DNA of 64,000 bases from Paragordius varius. Lineage: Eukaryota > Animalia > Nematomorpha. The stretch lies in contig OZ176060.1 in assembly GCA_964247055.1 (NCBI GenBank), positions 310,001-374,000 of the forward strand, in the 5' to 3' direction. Below are positions 1 to 13,357 of this stretch, piece by piece. Made by a program: the position numbers and the translations under genes. The notes beneath the pieces are model-generated. The model was given only the letters and a program-made list of their open reading frames with translations, was not told the origin of the DNA and searched no databases. Numbering within the stretch: the stretch's first letter is position 1; every line of letters starts with the position of its first letter.

Positions 1-1143
1 AAACTATTGATTCAATAATATGAAGTTAAAATTCTTGAATAAAACAGACTTTAATAGGATATTTTTTTACGAAGTTAATTAATAAATTTTTTAGACTATA
101 GCGAAAAGGTTTATATACAATATTTTAGTTTTTTTATAAAATGCTAAAAAATCATTGTGCAAAATATATTTCTTAATAAATTATGGCGCTTTGATATATT
201 AAAAAAGTGGTGTGTTAGGATTTTTACAGTTTATAAAGGTTCCAAAAATGCATCTAATATATCAATCTAATTTAAGTAAACATATTTCATATTATTTTAG
301 GTACAAAAAATTCCAAAATTTATTGCTAAAAATTCGTTTAGGCAAAAATGAAGTCTTTAAGATGACATATTTATTCAAATTTTGTGCGTTATTATGAATC
401 GAGTTTCATTCTGTTAGTTTCATAGTAAGTTTTGTAAAATTTGAATTAGTGAGATGATTATATATATAAATATTCATACTTAGCCAAAAATTTATATTTA
501 GAAGGTTTTAAATAGATATCGCAATAGTTTGTAAGTATATATATTTATATATTATGTTTTTTAACTAAAAGGAAAAAAAAGTGAATATTAATGCCTTGAA
601 AAGAATAAATATTTATTTAAACACAGTTATTTATTTTTACCCCTTATTAAACCAATAAATATTATCAAAAAATATGCCAGCTCTTTAATTAATGTAAAGG
701 TTTACGACAAATCTGTTATTTTCAATTTAAAATACATGCTAAATTTTTAATTATAGCTTTTTTTCGTTATTTGAAAAAATTGTTCAAAATCTGTTACCCG
801 TTTTTTAAAATAATTTTGTGGATAAGCTATAAACACGCTTTAAGATATATTAATAAGCCTTTTTCTCTAAATATAATATTGATAAATCTCACTGTTCAGT
901 TAATTAGAAAAATTCGTTTGCTTTTAAATTTTTGGGATTATTAAAATTTATTTGAACTTGTACCCATCGAAATTGTAACCTGATACAAACGTTCATCGAA
1001 TTTTGTAAAAAAAAGTGTTTTTATAATATCTTAAAACACTTTTACACTATTTCCATCAAATAGTAAAAGGTACGCTTCAACTAATTATGCTAAAAATTAG
1101 ATTTTTGTTATTAAAAAAATATTTTGAAATGGTATAATCAGCA

Positions 1144-1411
1144 CAGGGATGTCCAAAACAAACAGCCTCGCGGGCCGCATTTCGACTTAAAGAATTCAGC
1201 TATTGAAAACATATATGGGTGTTTAGAAATATTTTAATAGTTTTCACACATAAAGCTCTAAATGTAAGCACAATATGATTTTTCTAGTTCTTTGCCAATG
1301 GGAATGACTAAGTTACATTTTTTAACAAATATCAATTTTATTGGGATTTTATCAGCTTTGTTAGCAAATTATGGATTTCCTAATCATTCGCATGCATGTT
1401 GGACAGACCTA
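1144..1411. mobile_element. Degenerate hAT-like MITE; homologous copies at 52054-52463 and 5373-5474
   Basis: Left end CAGGGATGTCCAA followed by GCCTCGCGGGCCGCAT, right end GTTGGACAGACCT, typical hAT/Charlie-like termini. No clean 8-bp TSD. All three copies share the downstream flank AAATCTCGGCGGACGAACAT, so they spread by segmental duplication. Confidence 0.55.
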
Positions 1412-2383
1412 ATCTCTATTAAATATTTTTGCGAAATCTCGGCGGACGAACATGTAGTGTTAAAGGACCAACCTAAAGAGTATAAAAACACTCACAAAAC
1501 TCAAATTTTTGAATATAAATAAATATTTCTTTAATTACTTTATCTAACAAAAATTTCAATTTAAATATTCCAAAAACTACCTGAATTTTAGGTGAGCTGT
1601 GCATGACCTAACTTATTCTCCATTTTTGCCAGTAATAATATATAAAAAGGTGCTTATACATACATAGATATAAAATTACTGCTTTCCCATAAATAATTAA
1701 ACGGGCAAAACGTAAAAATATCTTATTATATAATTGAATTTACAAAGTTAGTTAATTTTTGCAGTTACCTTTAATCTGTATATTTTTAGTTTTTATTGCA
1801 TCTAATATTGCTATCAAATAATTTAAATTTAATTATAGTAGTAATGTGAGGTTACTGATCTAAAATAAACAAACAATTTTTAGTATTTTTCTTGAGAATT
1901 ATGTTAATGATTACAAGATTTTTCATAAATTATATTTTTAAAATATAAATAATAACCATCAGAAATACATTCTTAATTATATTTTCATTTTTTACAAGGT
2001 TCTAAATTTGAGTTTTATATATTATTTTAAAATTTAATAATGCATTGCTTTATGAAATTTATTATCAAAATTTTCACTTCATTTTAGCTTTTCATTTTTT
2101 TGTAGACGATATTTTTGGGGCAGTTTTTTATAATGAAGTTTATAGTAAACAGACTACTGTTTTATAAGTTGTTATAATTATAATCCCTCTTAGGTATTAT
2201 TTAAAAAAATTACAGTAACCTTCTAGAATGTCTCTAAAACCTAATTATAATAAACAGTTGATATATAAATTAATAAATATAACTAATTTAGAAACTATAT
2301 TAATACTATAAACCATATTACTATATTACGGTTTAAAAATAACGAAAAAAATAGCGGCGAAAAAGTTTGAGATGTTATAATTA

Positions 2384-4312
2384 CAGTCATGTAGACTTTA
2401 TATTGTTAAAGATTTACTTTTTTTCGTTAATTGGGTATTAATATTTGGTAAAGAATATAAAACAAGAGCAATATGGTATTACCATATCATATTCTTTAAT
2501 TAAAAGAAGTGTGGGGGAAGGGCGTCGGAAATCTTTGGTAAAAAATGAAAACTAACCCTTGACTTAAATTTGATGGATATTTTGTAATGTTAAATTTTGA
2601 GAATATTATAGCAATTTATGTTAACATTTGGAATATTGTTGTTACGTATTTAGATGCGGAATTTTGTGGGTTTTTATCTTTAATAATTTAATAAATAGTA
2701 AAATGGGTATTTTATTATTTATGATTAATATTTAAATCATAAATTACTATTTTTCAACATGATAAATACTTGTATTAATCGATATTATTATTTTATATAA
2801 ATGTTATTAGTAATACAGGTTATATATTTGTTAAAATTTAAGTAGATTTTGGATTGTTTTTGTTTTTATGTTATTCATTGTCAATTTTTATGTATTGACA
2901 TTTTAATCAGATAAATTGCGGTTTTTAAATTTAGTCAAATTTAATTTTTTTTGTTTTTTATTTAACAGTGTTAATTGTAATTAATTACATATTGTGATTT
3001 TAATAATGTGAAAATTGTGGTTTTTAATAAATTTAGTTAAATTGAATTTTTTTGTTTAGGATTTGCATTATTAATTGTAATTAATTACTACATATTGGAA
3101 ATTGAAAAAAAACAGGTAAAAATGGCGGTTTCAAAATTTTATTTATTGTTAATTGTAATTAATGACATATTGTGGACATTTTAATAATTACAGGTAAAAA
3201 TTGCAGTTTTTAATAAATTTAATAAAAATTGAGTTTTTGTTTTTTAGGATTTGCATTGTTAATTGTAATTAATTTATTGGTCATTTTAATAAATACAGGT
3301 GAAAATGACAGTTTTTTAAATTTAACATTTTTTGTATCATTGTTATTTGTTATTAATTAATAAATATTTTGGACATTTAAAAAACAAGTGAAAATTGCGG
3401 TTTTTAATAAAGTAAAATTTTTAAAGTTTTGTTCAACCTCGCTAATTTATTATGTACTATATATTTTTGATACATTGATATATACAGTTAAAAATTACAA
3501 TTATTTGAATAAATTAGCAAAGTTGAACAAAACATTAAAAATTTATAAATTTTATTAAAAACCGTAATTTTCACATGTTTTTTAAATGTCAAAAATATTT
3601 GATAATTAATAACAAATAACAATGATACAAAAAAAATTAAATTTGAAATTTGTTAAAACCGCCATTTTTACCTGTATTTTTTAAAATTCACAAATATGTA
3701 GTAATTAATTACAATTAACAATGTTAAATAAAAAACAAAAAAAAATAAATTTGACTAAATTTAAAAACTTCAATTTTTACCTGATTAAAATGTCAATACA
3801 TAAAAATTGACAATGAATAACATAAAAACAAAAACAATCCAAAATCTACTTAAATTTTAACAAATATATAACCTGTATTTTAATTACTAATTACAATAAA
3901 ATAATAATACAAGTATTTATCATGTTGAAAAATAGTAATTATTTATTAAATTATTAATCATAAATAATAAAATACCCATTTTACTATTTATTAAATTATT
4001 AAAGATAAAAACCCACAAAATTCCGCATTTAAATACGTATCAACAATATTCCAAATGTTAACATAAATTGCTATAATATTCTCAAAATTTAACATTACAA
4101 AATATCCATCAAATTAAGTGAAGGGTTAGTAGTTAGTGTATTTTCATTTTTTACCAAAGATTTCCGACGCCCTTCCCCCACACTTCTTTTAATTTTTTAA
4201 AGAATATGATATGGTAATACCATATTGCTCTTGTTTTATATTCTTTACCAAATATTAATACCCAATTAACGAAAAAAAGTAAATCTTTAACAATATAAAG
4301 TCTACATGACTG
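2384..4312. mobile_element. Non-autonomous foldback element with near-full-length inverted arms (Tc1/mariner-type ends)
   Basis: TA-CAGTCATGTAGAC...GTCTACATGACTG-TA. Arms about 2384-3451 and 3508-4312 are reverse complements around a ~55-bp spacer. No ORF. Paralogous flanks at ~56340-56420 and ~45640-45730 lack the insertion. Confidence 0.9.
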
Positions 4313-4860
4313 TACTTATGGCATATTTTAAATATTGGCCCAGTAAAAATATTACTTAAGGTACATTATTGAATGTGAGTATGAAATTACCCCAAAAATT
4401 TATAATATATTAATAAATATTTATTTATAGCCAAAAATTAAAAATACCTAGGAGACTTTAACAGCCATATCGGCGATAGTGTGGTATTATATATTTGAAA
4501 AATATATAATGATTATTATAAACTTTATGAATATAAGAAAGTTGCTATTTTTAATCCTGAAAAGAACAAACTTTTAGTTAAATCAATTAAATTATATTTA
4601 GTCAAGAGCTTTAAATATAAAACTGAACCACTTAAAAATACGCCATCTATATAATTAATTTATATAATAAACGGCCAACAATTGTTAAAAGAAGGATGCT
4701 AATTTAATATTTTAATGGTTTGTCGAAAAATGTTTGTCTCACAATTGTTACGTTATGCTTAGTATATTAACTATAAGCTCTTTATTTATTTACATATACT
4801 AAGGGATGATGTTCATATATAACTGAAACATTTATATATGTCGAACCAGACTATATCCTG

Positions 4861-4886
4861 ATATATATATATATATATATATATAT
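4861..4886. repeat. (AT)n microsatellite
   Basis: Direct reading; shorter runs also at ~6250-6268 and ~11806-11821. Confidence 0.95.
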
Positions 4887-5449
4887 AATTCTATCAAATA
4901 TTCAAATTTATACGGCGTTTCGGGCCAACATATAAAAATAAAATTATTAAAGTGTAATTGTTAAAAACTGTTAAGAAGGTCATAATAAACTGTTAAGAAG
5001 GTCGTAATTTTAGCCTAAAGATATATTTCTCATATAGTGTGAAAGACAATTCATATTTTAATTTTTATGAGGTAATAAGTTAATGTAAATTTTAATTTGA
5101 ATTTAAGGAAGAGAGACAAAAAATGCATTTTTTCACTATCCATTAAATTTTAGCCATAATGATATTTATTTTTTTATTAATATCTATAGTGTAAAAGGGG
5201 GGAAAAGGGAAATTCATCCAATATTCTCTAACAAGTAATCTTAATTTATTTATATTGATTATTACCAATGCAGGCCAACTCACAATAATATTATTCGATT
5301 GATATTACAGCAAAGTATGAGAAAAAACAATAATTTTTTAAAAAATGTTTTTCAATGCTTCACACACTAAAACAGGGGTCGGCAATTTTTTTCAGAGGGC
5401 CATTCTCAAAATTTTGAAATGTTGACGGTCCACACATACATATTCCATT

Positions 5450-6900
5450 AAATTAGTACATGTTGGACAGCCCTAATCTCCCAGATATTATTGTTTTTTA
5501 AATCTCGGCGGACGAACATGTAGTGAAGGAACTTTATGAAACACTCTTAAAGTGCAAGGTATATTTAATTTATAACAGTATTTAAAATCCGTAAGATAAC
5601 GATAAAGGATAATTAAATAGAATTAAATGAAAGTATAAATAGAAATTATAAACGATATGTGAAACCCTTCGTCAATAGATCGCAGAATAGTTGTTATTAC
5701 AAAACATAACCAATCCGTTATTTAGCATTACAATATTTAATTTAATTGTGCCAATTTAAATGGTTTGAACAAAAATTTATATGTTCTTATTTATGAGAAA
5801 AGCTAAGAGTCAGCACGAACAGAATTTAAAACTATGAGGTATAAGCTTATCGGTTAAAGTGTTATATTACACATTTATTAAACTAATAATAATAATAATA
5901 ATTCATACAAGTTAAATAAAATTGTTTCATTAACCCTCTATAGTACACTTTATAATTTTATAATATGTAATTCTTATATATGCCATCTAATTAAAATATT
6001 AAGTTTAGAAAGATAACTTTAAAGCTGAATAAGAATATATTCAATGATTTTTTTTATTAATTTAATATTATTTAAAATATTTTTTATCGTCGCTTATAAT
6101 AAATATAAAAGTAATGAAAATCTCTAAGTCAACATAAATTGAAATTTAGATTGGTTTTATTAAAATCAGAGGCGAGTTTTAGTTGTATAGTTTTTTAGAT
6201 CCTTTTTGTAAATTTGAATTATTTTATAGATTATTAAATATTTAAAAGATATATATATATATATATATAAATTTATGTTTCGAGGTGATCTAAATAGACA
6301 TGTTTTAAAGCATAAAGTTGATAAAAATTTTATGGTTATTAACTTCTTAAAAGTTAGAAAAGGTACATATTTATAACTTGCAAAAAATATATATTTAAAA
6401 AAATACAGTAAGTTTATTTTTATCCCAAATACTTCTGCAAAATGGGACTCTAAAAATAAAATATTCCATCTGTTCTTTAATTTTTAAGGTAAATTAACGC
6501 ATCTACTATGTTAATAATTTGATACAATCCTTCATTTTGGATTTCATAAAGATTTTGTTTGTTACTTGATAAATATTTTTCCCAAAATTTCGTATTTCGA
6601 TTTAAATGGAAATAATTTACTTCTATATGACCTTTTTTATTTATGAAATAAAAATGGAAATATTTAACATATTAACATCAAAATACATACAGTTTTTGAA
6701 ATCAACAAAAAACCCTTGATAATTAATTTATTAGTAAAGATAACTTATTAATTAGAAAATATAAATCAAATAAAATATTTTTCCAACATAAGCATAAATG
6801 ATATTAACAATAAGTTTTGCTGATAAATATTAAACAAAATAGCCAAAAAATACATTCCATTATAAGTCTTGGCTTATTTATTTAATAAATATTTTAATTT
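5450..6900 (+). repeat. Segmental duplicate of ~52440-53900 (direct)
   Basis: Long near-identical stretch, e.g. TTATGAGAAAAGCTAAGAGTCAGCACGAACAGAATTTAAAACTATGAGGTATAAGCTTATCGG at ~5790 and ~52630, with collinear homology after it. Confidence 0.85.
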
Positions 6901-7468
6901 TCATTAATTAATTTTATTTAAAAATTACCAACCTCTATTTATTAACAATTTTATCAGTTTTTATTTATAAATATTTTATTATTTATTAAAAATAATTATG
7001 CTTCATTTAAAAAAATATTTTTCTAAAAATTTATTTTTTTTATCATTATTGCAATTCTAATATCACACCTTTCGAGAAGCAGTTAATGATCTTTAATGAC
7101 AAAAAAAGCTAAAAAAAAGGTTAGAAAAGTTTATTTAGAATTTATTCATCTTAAATATAAAAATCATATATTTTTAAACCAAGGGTGGGTGAGACTTTTA
7201 CTGCGGTCAAGAAAAAGTTGGTATTCATAATTTGTAAAAACATTTTCACACAATTTTGTGTGTGAAATTGATATTCCTTGGACAATTTTTTACAAAATAG
7301 GTGTATCATCCAAATAGCAGAACGAGAATGTTAAATTCCGTTCTCTTTTTAAAGTTTTATGTTTAAAATCTAATAGATTTTTATGAATGCCCGCATATAT
7401 ATCCCAAATGCGGCTGGTCGGAATATGTAAGCTAAAAATGCGGCCGGCAAAGCCATTTGTGTTGGACT

Positions 7469-8196
7469 GTAGAAAAAGTGTTTTTAATAATAAAACACCT
7501 TTATACTGTTTCCATCAAACTTCAAAAATATTATACAGTAGACGTTAACAAAATTTTGCTAAAAATTAGTTTTTCAATTTTGCATGTTTTTATAAATATT
7601 TTTTGTATCAAAATTTAACATACATTTAAAATTTTTATCGCGCAATCTCGGCATTTTTGCGTTTGTTTCGAAAGCACTCGCCCATAGAAGAACGAAAAAA
7701 TTTGGGACTTTTGGAGCTCATACCTAAAAAATAAAAGTTTTTTGAAAACATTGTATTAATTTACATATGCAGTTTATAATATATTTTAGTGATATTTTTT
7801 CAATTAGCAGTTAACTTTTACCAAAAAATTTTTATTACAAAATGTGCTCTTATGTCATTTTTTGAGGAACACTCACCACAAAAGTTTAAATAACTATCTT
7901 ATATAACTCGTAAGTTTAAACCAAAAGAAACAATGATAATCCTAATACATTTTTCCAGAGTATATATATTACATTTGATTTGTGAGACATTGAGTTATTA
8001 TCAATAACTATATCTGTTAACAATATTTTTTGAATTAGCAGTTAGCTTCTACTATAAAATTCTTATTTAAGAAATGTGGGCCAATTCTGCCATTTTCTGA
8101 TAGAGATCACTTATCACAAAACTTTCAATACTTTTATTAAATCAGTAAGGGCCAAAACCATAAGCATCATGATAATCTTGTGATAAATTTTCTTAT

Positions 8197-8232
<36 letters not shown>

Positions 8233-8380
8233 CAAATATTTCTAAGGTTTTTTTTATAATTCATTTCGAGGGCAGTGTATTAAAATATTATAACCCTATA
8301 ATTAATTAGACACGATCCATTATATTAATAAATTAAATTTTAACTGAATTCATTAAATATATTTATGGTTTTTAAACAAA
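7469..8380 (-). repeat. Left arm of ~0.9-kb inverted repeat (partner 10394-11320); dispersed repeat family
   Basis: Collinear reverse-complement match that includes the (AT)n run, e.g. TTTCGAGGGCAGTGTATTAAAATATTATAACCCTATAATTAATTAGACACGATCC. Further partial copies at ~1005-1110, 18100-18300, 22830-23390, 30130-30580, 36280-36670. Confidence 0.9.
8199..8230. repeat. (AT)n microsatellite
   Basis: Direct reading; mirrored by the run at 10544-10601 in the partner arm. Confidence 0.95.
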
Positions 8381-8520
8381 TTTATATATTATATTGTATA
8401 CATTCAGACCTTTTTTTGAGTACGCTATAATATCATTTTTTTAGGCTTTGTATTAAAATTATTATCAATATTAATGTCATTTTTGCCATATGAGTAAATT
8501 TTTGTTCGAATTCGATTATT
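8381..8520 (-). pseudogene. Truncated relic of a C2H2 ZNF gene (5' region and start of first finger)
   Basis: Reverse strand reads ...CAAAGCCTAAAAAAATGATATTATAGCGTACTCAAAAAAAGGTCTGAATGTATACAATATAAT, matching the 5' region of the ZNF copies at ~34250-34370 and ~32930-33060. Confidence 0.65.
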
Positions 8521-10393
8521 TTTTCTATTTTTGGTGGTCTTTTCAGGATAATTATATTCACTAAAATAGGTTTATATACATAATAATATTTAATATAAAG
8601 ATGGCATATACTTATCTAAAATTATATTTCTATAGTTATATTTATTTGTGATTAGAAAAATATTTTTAAAAAGATAATCATAGATTAATAAAAACTAAAA
8701 CATCAAAGATAAATTTTATAGATATAATTTTTTAATGTAATAAAATTTATTAAAAAGTAATAATCGTTGACCTTGCACTGAACTAATTCTCAACTTCAAC
8801 TAAGGAAAGTCAAATTTTTAACCAAATTTAATACAGCTATACATAATTATATAATTTACTCTGCGTAAAATACATCTGCGCATTTTAGGGTAGAATTTGT
8901 AAGATAGTGTGAGTTTTTAGAAGAAAATGTACTTTTTTTACTTTGTGTTAATAGTCAGTTTTTTGATATTTGAAAATATAAGATAAGTTGCTTAAAGTTA
9001 AATATAAAATCTTCATACATGATTTTGTTTAGATCGTGTGTTTGATTTTTTCAACATTTCCGCTATTTAGTTATTATATAAAATGTTACAACTTGTTAAT
9101 CTATGATTTGAATTTTTTAGCCTAATATAATTATAATTATAATTATTGGCATAAAAAACATGAGTTATTACAACCTATAATTATGAAAAATACTCAAACC
9201 ATTAGTCTAATTATTCTTTCATATATGTATGTAGTATATAATTAGATATTATTATATTGACGCATTTTATATGGCCAATTTATATTTATTGCCCATTAGT
9301 TTATGACATTTCTGTGTGTTTATAACCAATTTTAATTTTATTTTATTAGCGTGTAATGGTATTTAATTTGCAATACTTCTGGTATGTTTTTGGGAGATTT
9401 ATGTTTTATTGGCCATGGTTACCCTTTTGTTACATTAGAATTCCTCACCAAATTAGTGCTTTAGTTTACGGCATTCTTGTTTAGTACAGTCTCTAATTAT
9501 ATGAATATAAATTATAGAGAGGGTGATAAGTCAAAAATTATTTACTGTTTTATGAAGGCCAAATTTAAACCTTGATTCTTATATAATTTATTAAATGCAA
9601 ATTTAAGGGATAAGATATAAATTAATGACATTCTATTCCTTTTGCATTTATAATCGTTTCGCTTTATGGTACTATGGAAAAAAATATATATTTATAAAAA
9701 TTCGTAACATGTATTGATATACAATCTAACATTTTTACGCATATACAGAATCATTTTAATAATTCTTAAGTAAATGAGAAAATAATAATTTTTATATGTA
9801 TGTTAATTTTTTTAGATGATATTCACAGAATATAACCTTAATTGAATATATAAGAGCTATTTCATATAATACTGTTGGAGCACAATCATAAATAGAGGGG
9901 CGGATATAGATAGCAAAACTCCTTAGATAAATTTTAATATTTAAAATGCAGTTAAATTTTTAATTTAGGATAAAACACAAAAACATAAGGAAAAATGTTT
10001 CTTTCAAAGACGCTGAACTTTTATAAACTTGATATATTTGAAAATACCTAATTTATATAAACTGCAAAGTTAAAAGAGATGTATCATAATTACACAATCA
10101 ATTATATTATACACTTGCAATAATATACTTACATAGGCAAAAAAAGGTTAAGAATGGTTTTGGAAAAAAGATTTTGTCGTTATGTTACTTTTTTTCCCTC
10201 CGTAAATTTTAATTTTGTCTGTAAAGAGATGGCTTGTTTAGTAAAAATATATCCAATTTATATAATTATCTATAAGAAACTGCATATTACATTTAGATAA
10301 TTTAACTTTTGATATGGTATAAATTGTTTAATATTATTGGGTACAGTTTGCTATATGTACAATCTCAAAGGACATTTTTCTAATATTAAAATT

Positions 10394-10541
10394 TTTGTTT
10401 AAAAACCATAAATATATTTAATGAATTCAGTTAAAAATAAATTTATTAATATAAAGGATCGTGTCTAATTAATTATAGGGTTATAATATTTTAATACACT
10501 GCCCTCGAAATGAAGTATAAAAAAAACCTTAGAAATATTTG

Positions 10542-10603
<62 letters not shown>

Positions 10604-11320
10604 CAAGAGAATGTAAAGATTATCATGGTGCTTATGGTTTTGGCCCTTACTGATTTAATAAAGTTATTTACAGTTTTGTGGTGAGTCATCTTTATCAGAA
10701 AATGGCAGAATTGGCCCACATTTCTTAAATAAGAATTTTATAGTAGAAGCTAACTGCTTATTCAAATTGTTAACAAGTATAGTTATTGATAATAATTCAA
10801 TGTCTCACAAATTAAATGTAATAAATATACTCTTGAAAAATGTATTAGGATTATCATGGTGCTTCTTTTGGTTTTGGGCCATATGAGTAATATAAGAAAG
10901 TTATTAAACGTTTGTGGTGAGTGTTTTATATCAGAAAATGACAAAATTTGAGCACATTTTGTGATAAAAATTTTTTGGTAAAAGTTAATCCTAATTTAAA
11001 AAATATAACTAAAATATATTATAAACTACATATAAGAGAAAAACAATATTTTCTAAAAACTTTAATTTTTAGACGTGATCTCCGAAAGTCCCAAATTTTT
11101 CGCTCTTCTAAAATGGGCTACTCCTTTTAAAAAAACGCAGAAATGTCTGCGCGATATTAAAATATATGTTAAAATTTGATTCTAAAAAAATTTATAAAAA
11201 AATGCAAAATTTTCAAAATCTGATTTTTAGCAAAATTTTGTGGAAACGTATTTCATAATATTTTTGGGGCATGATGGGAACAGTATAAAAGTATTTATAT
11301 TATAAAAACACGTTTTCTAC
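10394..11320 (+). repeat. Right arm of inverted repeat, with an internal ~240-bp tandem duplication
   Basis: Reverse complement of 7469-8380. TTATCATGGTGCTT...GGTTTTGG.CC occurs twice (~10620 and ~10851). Confidence 0.9.
10544..10601. repeat. (AT)n microsatellite
   Basis: Direct reading; it explains the YIYIYI run in ORF 10465-10719. Confidence 0.95.
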
Positions 11321-11954
11321 ATAATTCGATGATACTATCTATTTCAATAACCTCAGAACTTCGATTAATAGATCATTTCTACAGGTAAAATATATTTTTT
11401 TTCCAATAATTTGAAAGCAGATAAACTTTTCTAATTAAAATTTTTAACCGCTCAAAATGTTCACTATTGATTTATATAGAAATAGTTTTTGTATATTTTA
11501 AAGCGTTTTTAAATCATTTCCATAAAATTAATTTAAAAAACGAGTATTAATTTCGGACAAATTTTTGTCAAATGAAAAACAAACCTATAAAATCCAAAAT
11601 TTAGCCTGTATTTAATTTTGAAAATAGCAGAGCCATATATTACCTTTATATTTATTAAACAGATGGCATAATATTTTATGAGTCTAAATTAAATAATTTT
11701 AGGGGTTAAAATGAAGTAACTGTGTTTAACAAAATATTTTTTCTTTTGGAAGGTGTAAATATAAACCTTTTTGTTACTTTTATGAAGTTAGTAAGCATAA
11801 AATTATATATATATATATATAAAATCTTTATAAATACCGTAAATAAATTTAGCAATGGCGAAGGCCTGTTTTGAATTTTTATCAATATGATGAAAACAGT
11901 TTTACACGAGATTTATATTTAGGTCTTAAAAAGTTTTGCTTAAATATTTTGTAG

Positions 11955-13357
11955 ATATCGGTGCATCTTTATGAATCCGTAAATAAATTTAGCAGGGATG
12001 AAAAGCTTAAGGTCTGGAAGGCTTTAGCCAAAGAAATCCAATATTTCAATATTTAAAAAATATACTTATTTATTGTGCAAAAATAAATTATTACAAAATT
12101 ATGTCAAATTAATTCGTTTCTCCGATCTACTCCTGTCTGATGGCTATTCTATATAAGAGCTGTCTGATCTACTGATATAAACTTTGCTAACTTATTTTCG
12201 TCATTTATGGTTTTATAAAAATATATATTACTGAATTCAAACCTAATATCGTCCTGATGATATTAGCATTTAAATGGTTTCAAGTGATGAAAATTATATG
12301 ATGTCATATTCTGAATTCTTGAAAAAATATATCAGTAGGATTTTCTAAATATTCAGTTGAACTTGCTTATAAACTTGAACTGACTACTATTTCTTGCCTA
12401 AATAAGCACTAAAACATTATAACCTTTAGTAAGCATTTACCCGAAAAATCTTTTTTGATACATGTCACAAAATTTCCATAACCTACCATATACATATATT
12501 AAATTTCTTTATTTAGGCTCATACAGTTTTCAGATTCCATAAATTCTTCCTAGTTCTCGAGATATCGGCTTTTGTAATAACCTTAATCCTGAATAAAACA
12601 GGATTAAAAATTCCGCCATCTCAAGAGGATGAGGAAGGCTCCTTCACCACTTTTAAAATCATTCACATGGTCCTTAATGACTTTTTTAGCGGGTGCTTAT
12701 ACATTTCCGAAATCGGGGGTTTAAAAAAATATTGGTAAATGCATCAGAATTATCATACCTTTGGTTTCTTAGGGATTTAAGAAATTTATTAACAATTTCG
12801 CGATAAGTGCTTCTATCAAAAAGCCAAATTTGTCCACATTTTTTTACAAAAATTTTTAAAAGCTAAATGACTTGAAAATTATCACTTTTTCATAATCTAA
12901 TATTAAAAACAATATTTTATCAAATAAATATTTTAGATGCTCCATCTAAGATTCACACTATTCAAGAAGTGCTATTTTATACAATGAGATTAAATGTTTA
13001 ATGTAAACTGAATTAAGAAAAAGCGATAAAATTTGTTACTGACATATTTTGATCCGTATTACAATGGTAGTGGAGCATGGTGAGAACAAAAAACATTTTA
13101 TTATTAAACATCTTTTCTAGATATTTAGAATATCCTGAATCCGACCATATAAGAAATTTGTGATTTCATAGTGCATATAAAGGTCTTTCACAAAAGTATA
13201 CTAAAAATCAAAGAAATGCACTATTTGACACTTGCGGTTTATAACATTGCGTTGTATGTTTTTATATTATTAGGTCTGGTGATGAATAAAATTTAAATAG
13301 CTATCAAGCTTAACACTTCAAATCAATTTGATCTAAATACTCAAAACTATGGGTGGG
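11955..13357 (+). pseudogene. Multi-exon pseudogene of an unidentified protein, copy 1
   Basis: Locally GC-richer blocks bounded by AG acceptors and GT donors. Introns 13080-13120 (41 nt) and 13237-13273 (37 nt). Fragments read ISVHLYESVNKFSRDEKLKVWKALAKE, KTGLKIPPSQEDEEGSFTTF, LLLTYFDPYYNGSGA. Several stops and frameshifts. Confidence 0.6.

Noticed and set aside
10465-10719. 84-aa ORF with a YI repeat
   Set aside because: Translation of an (AT)n microsatellite inside a dispersed repeat.
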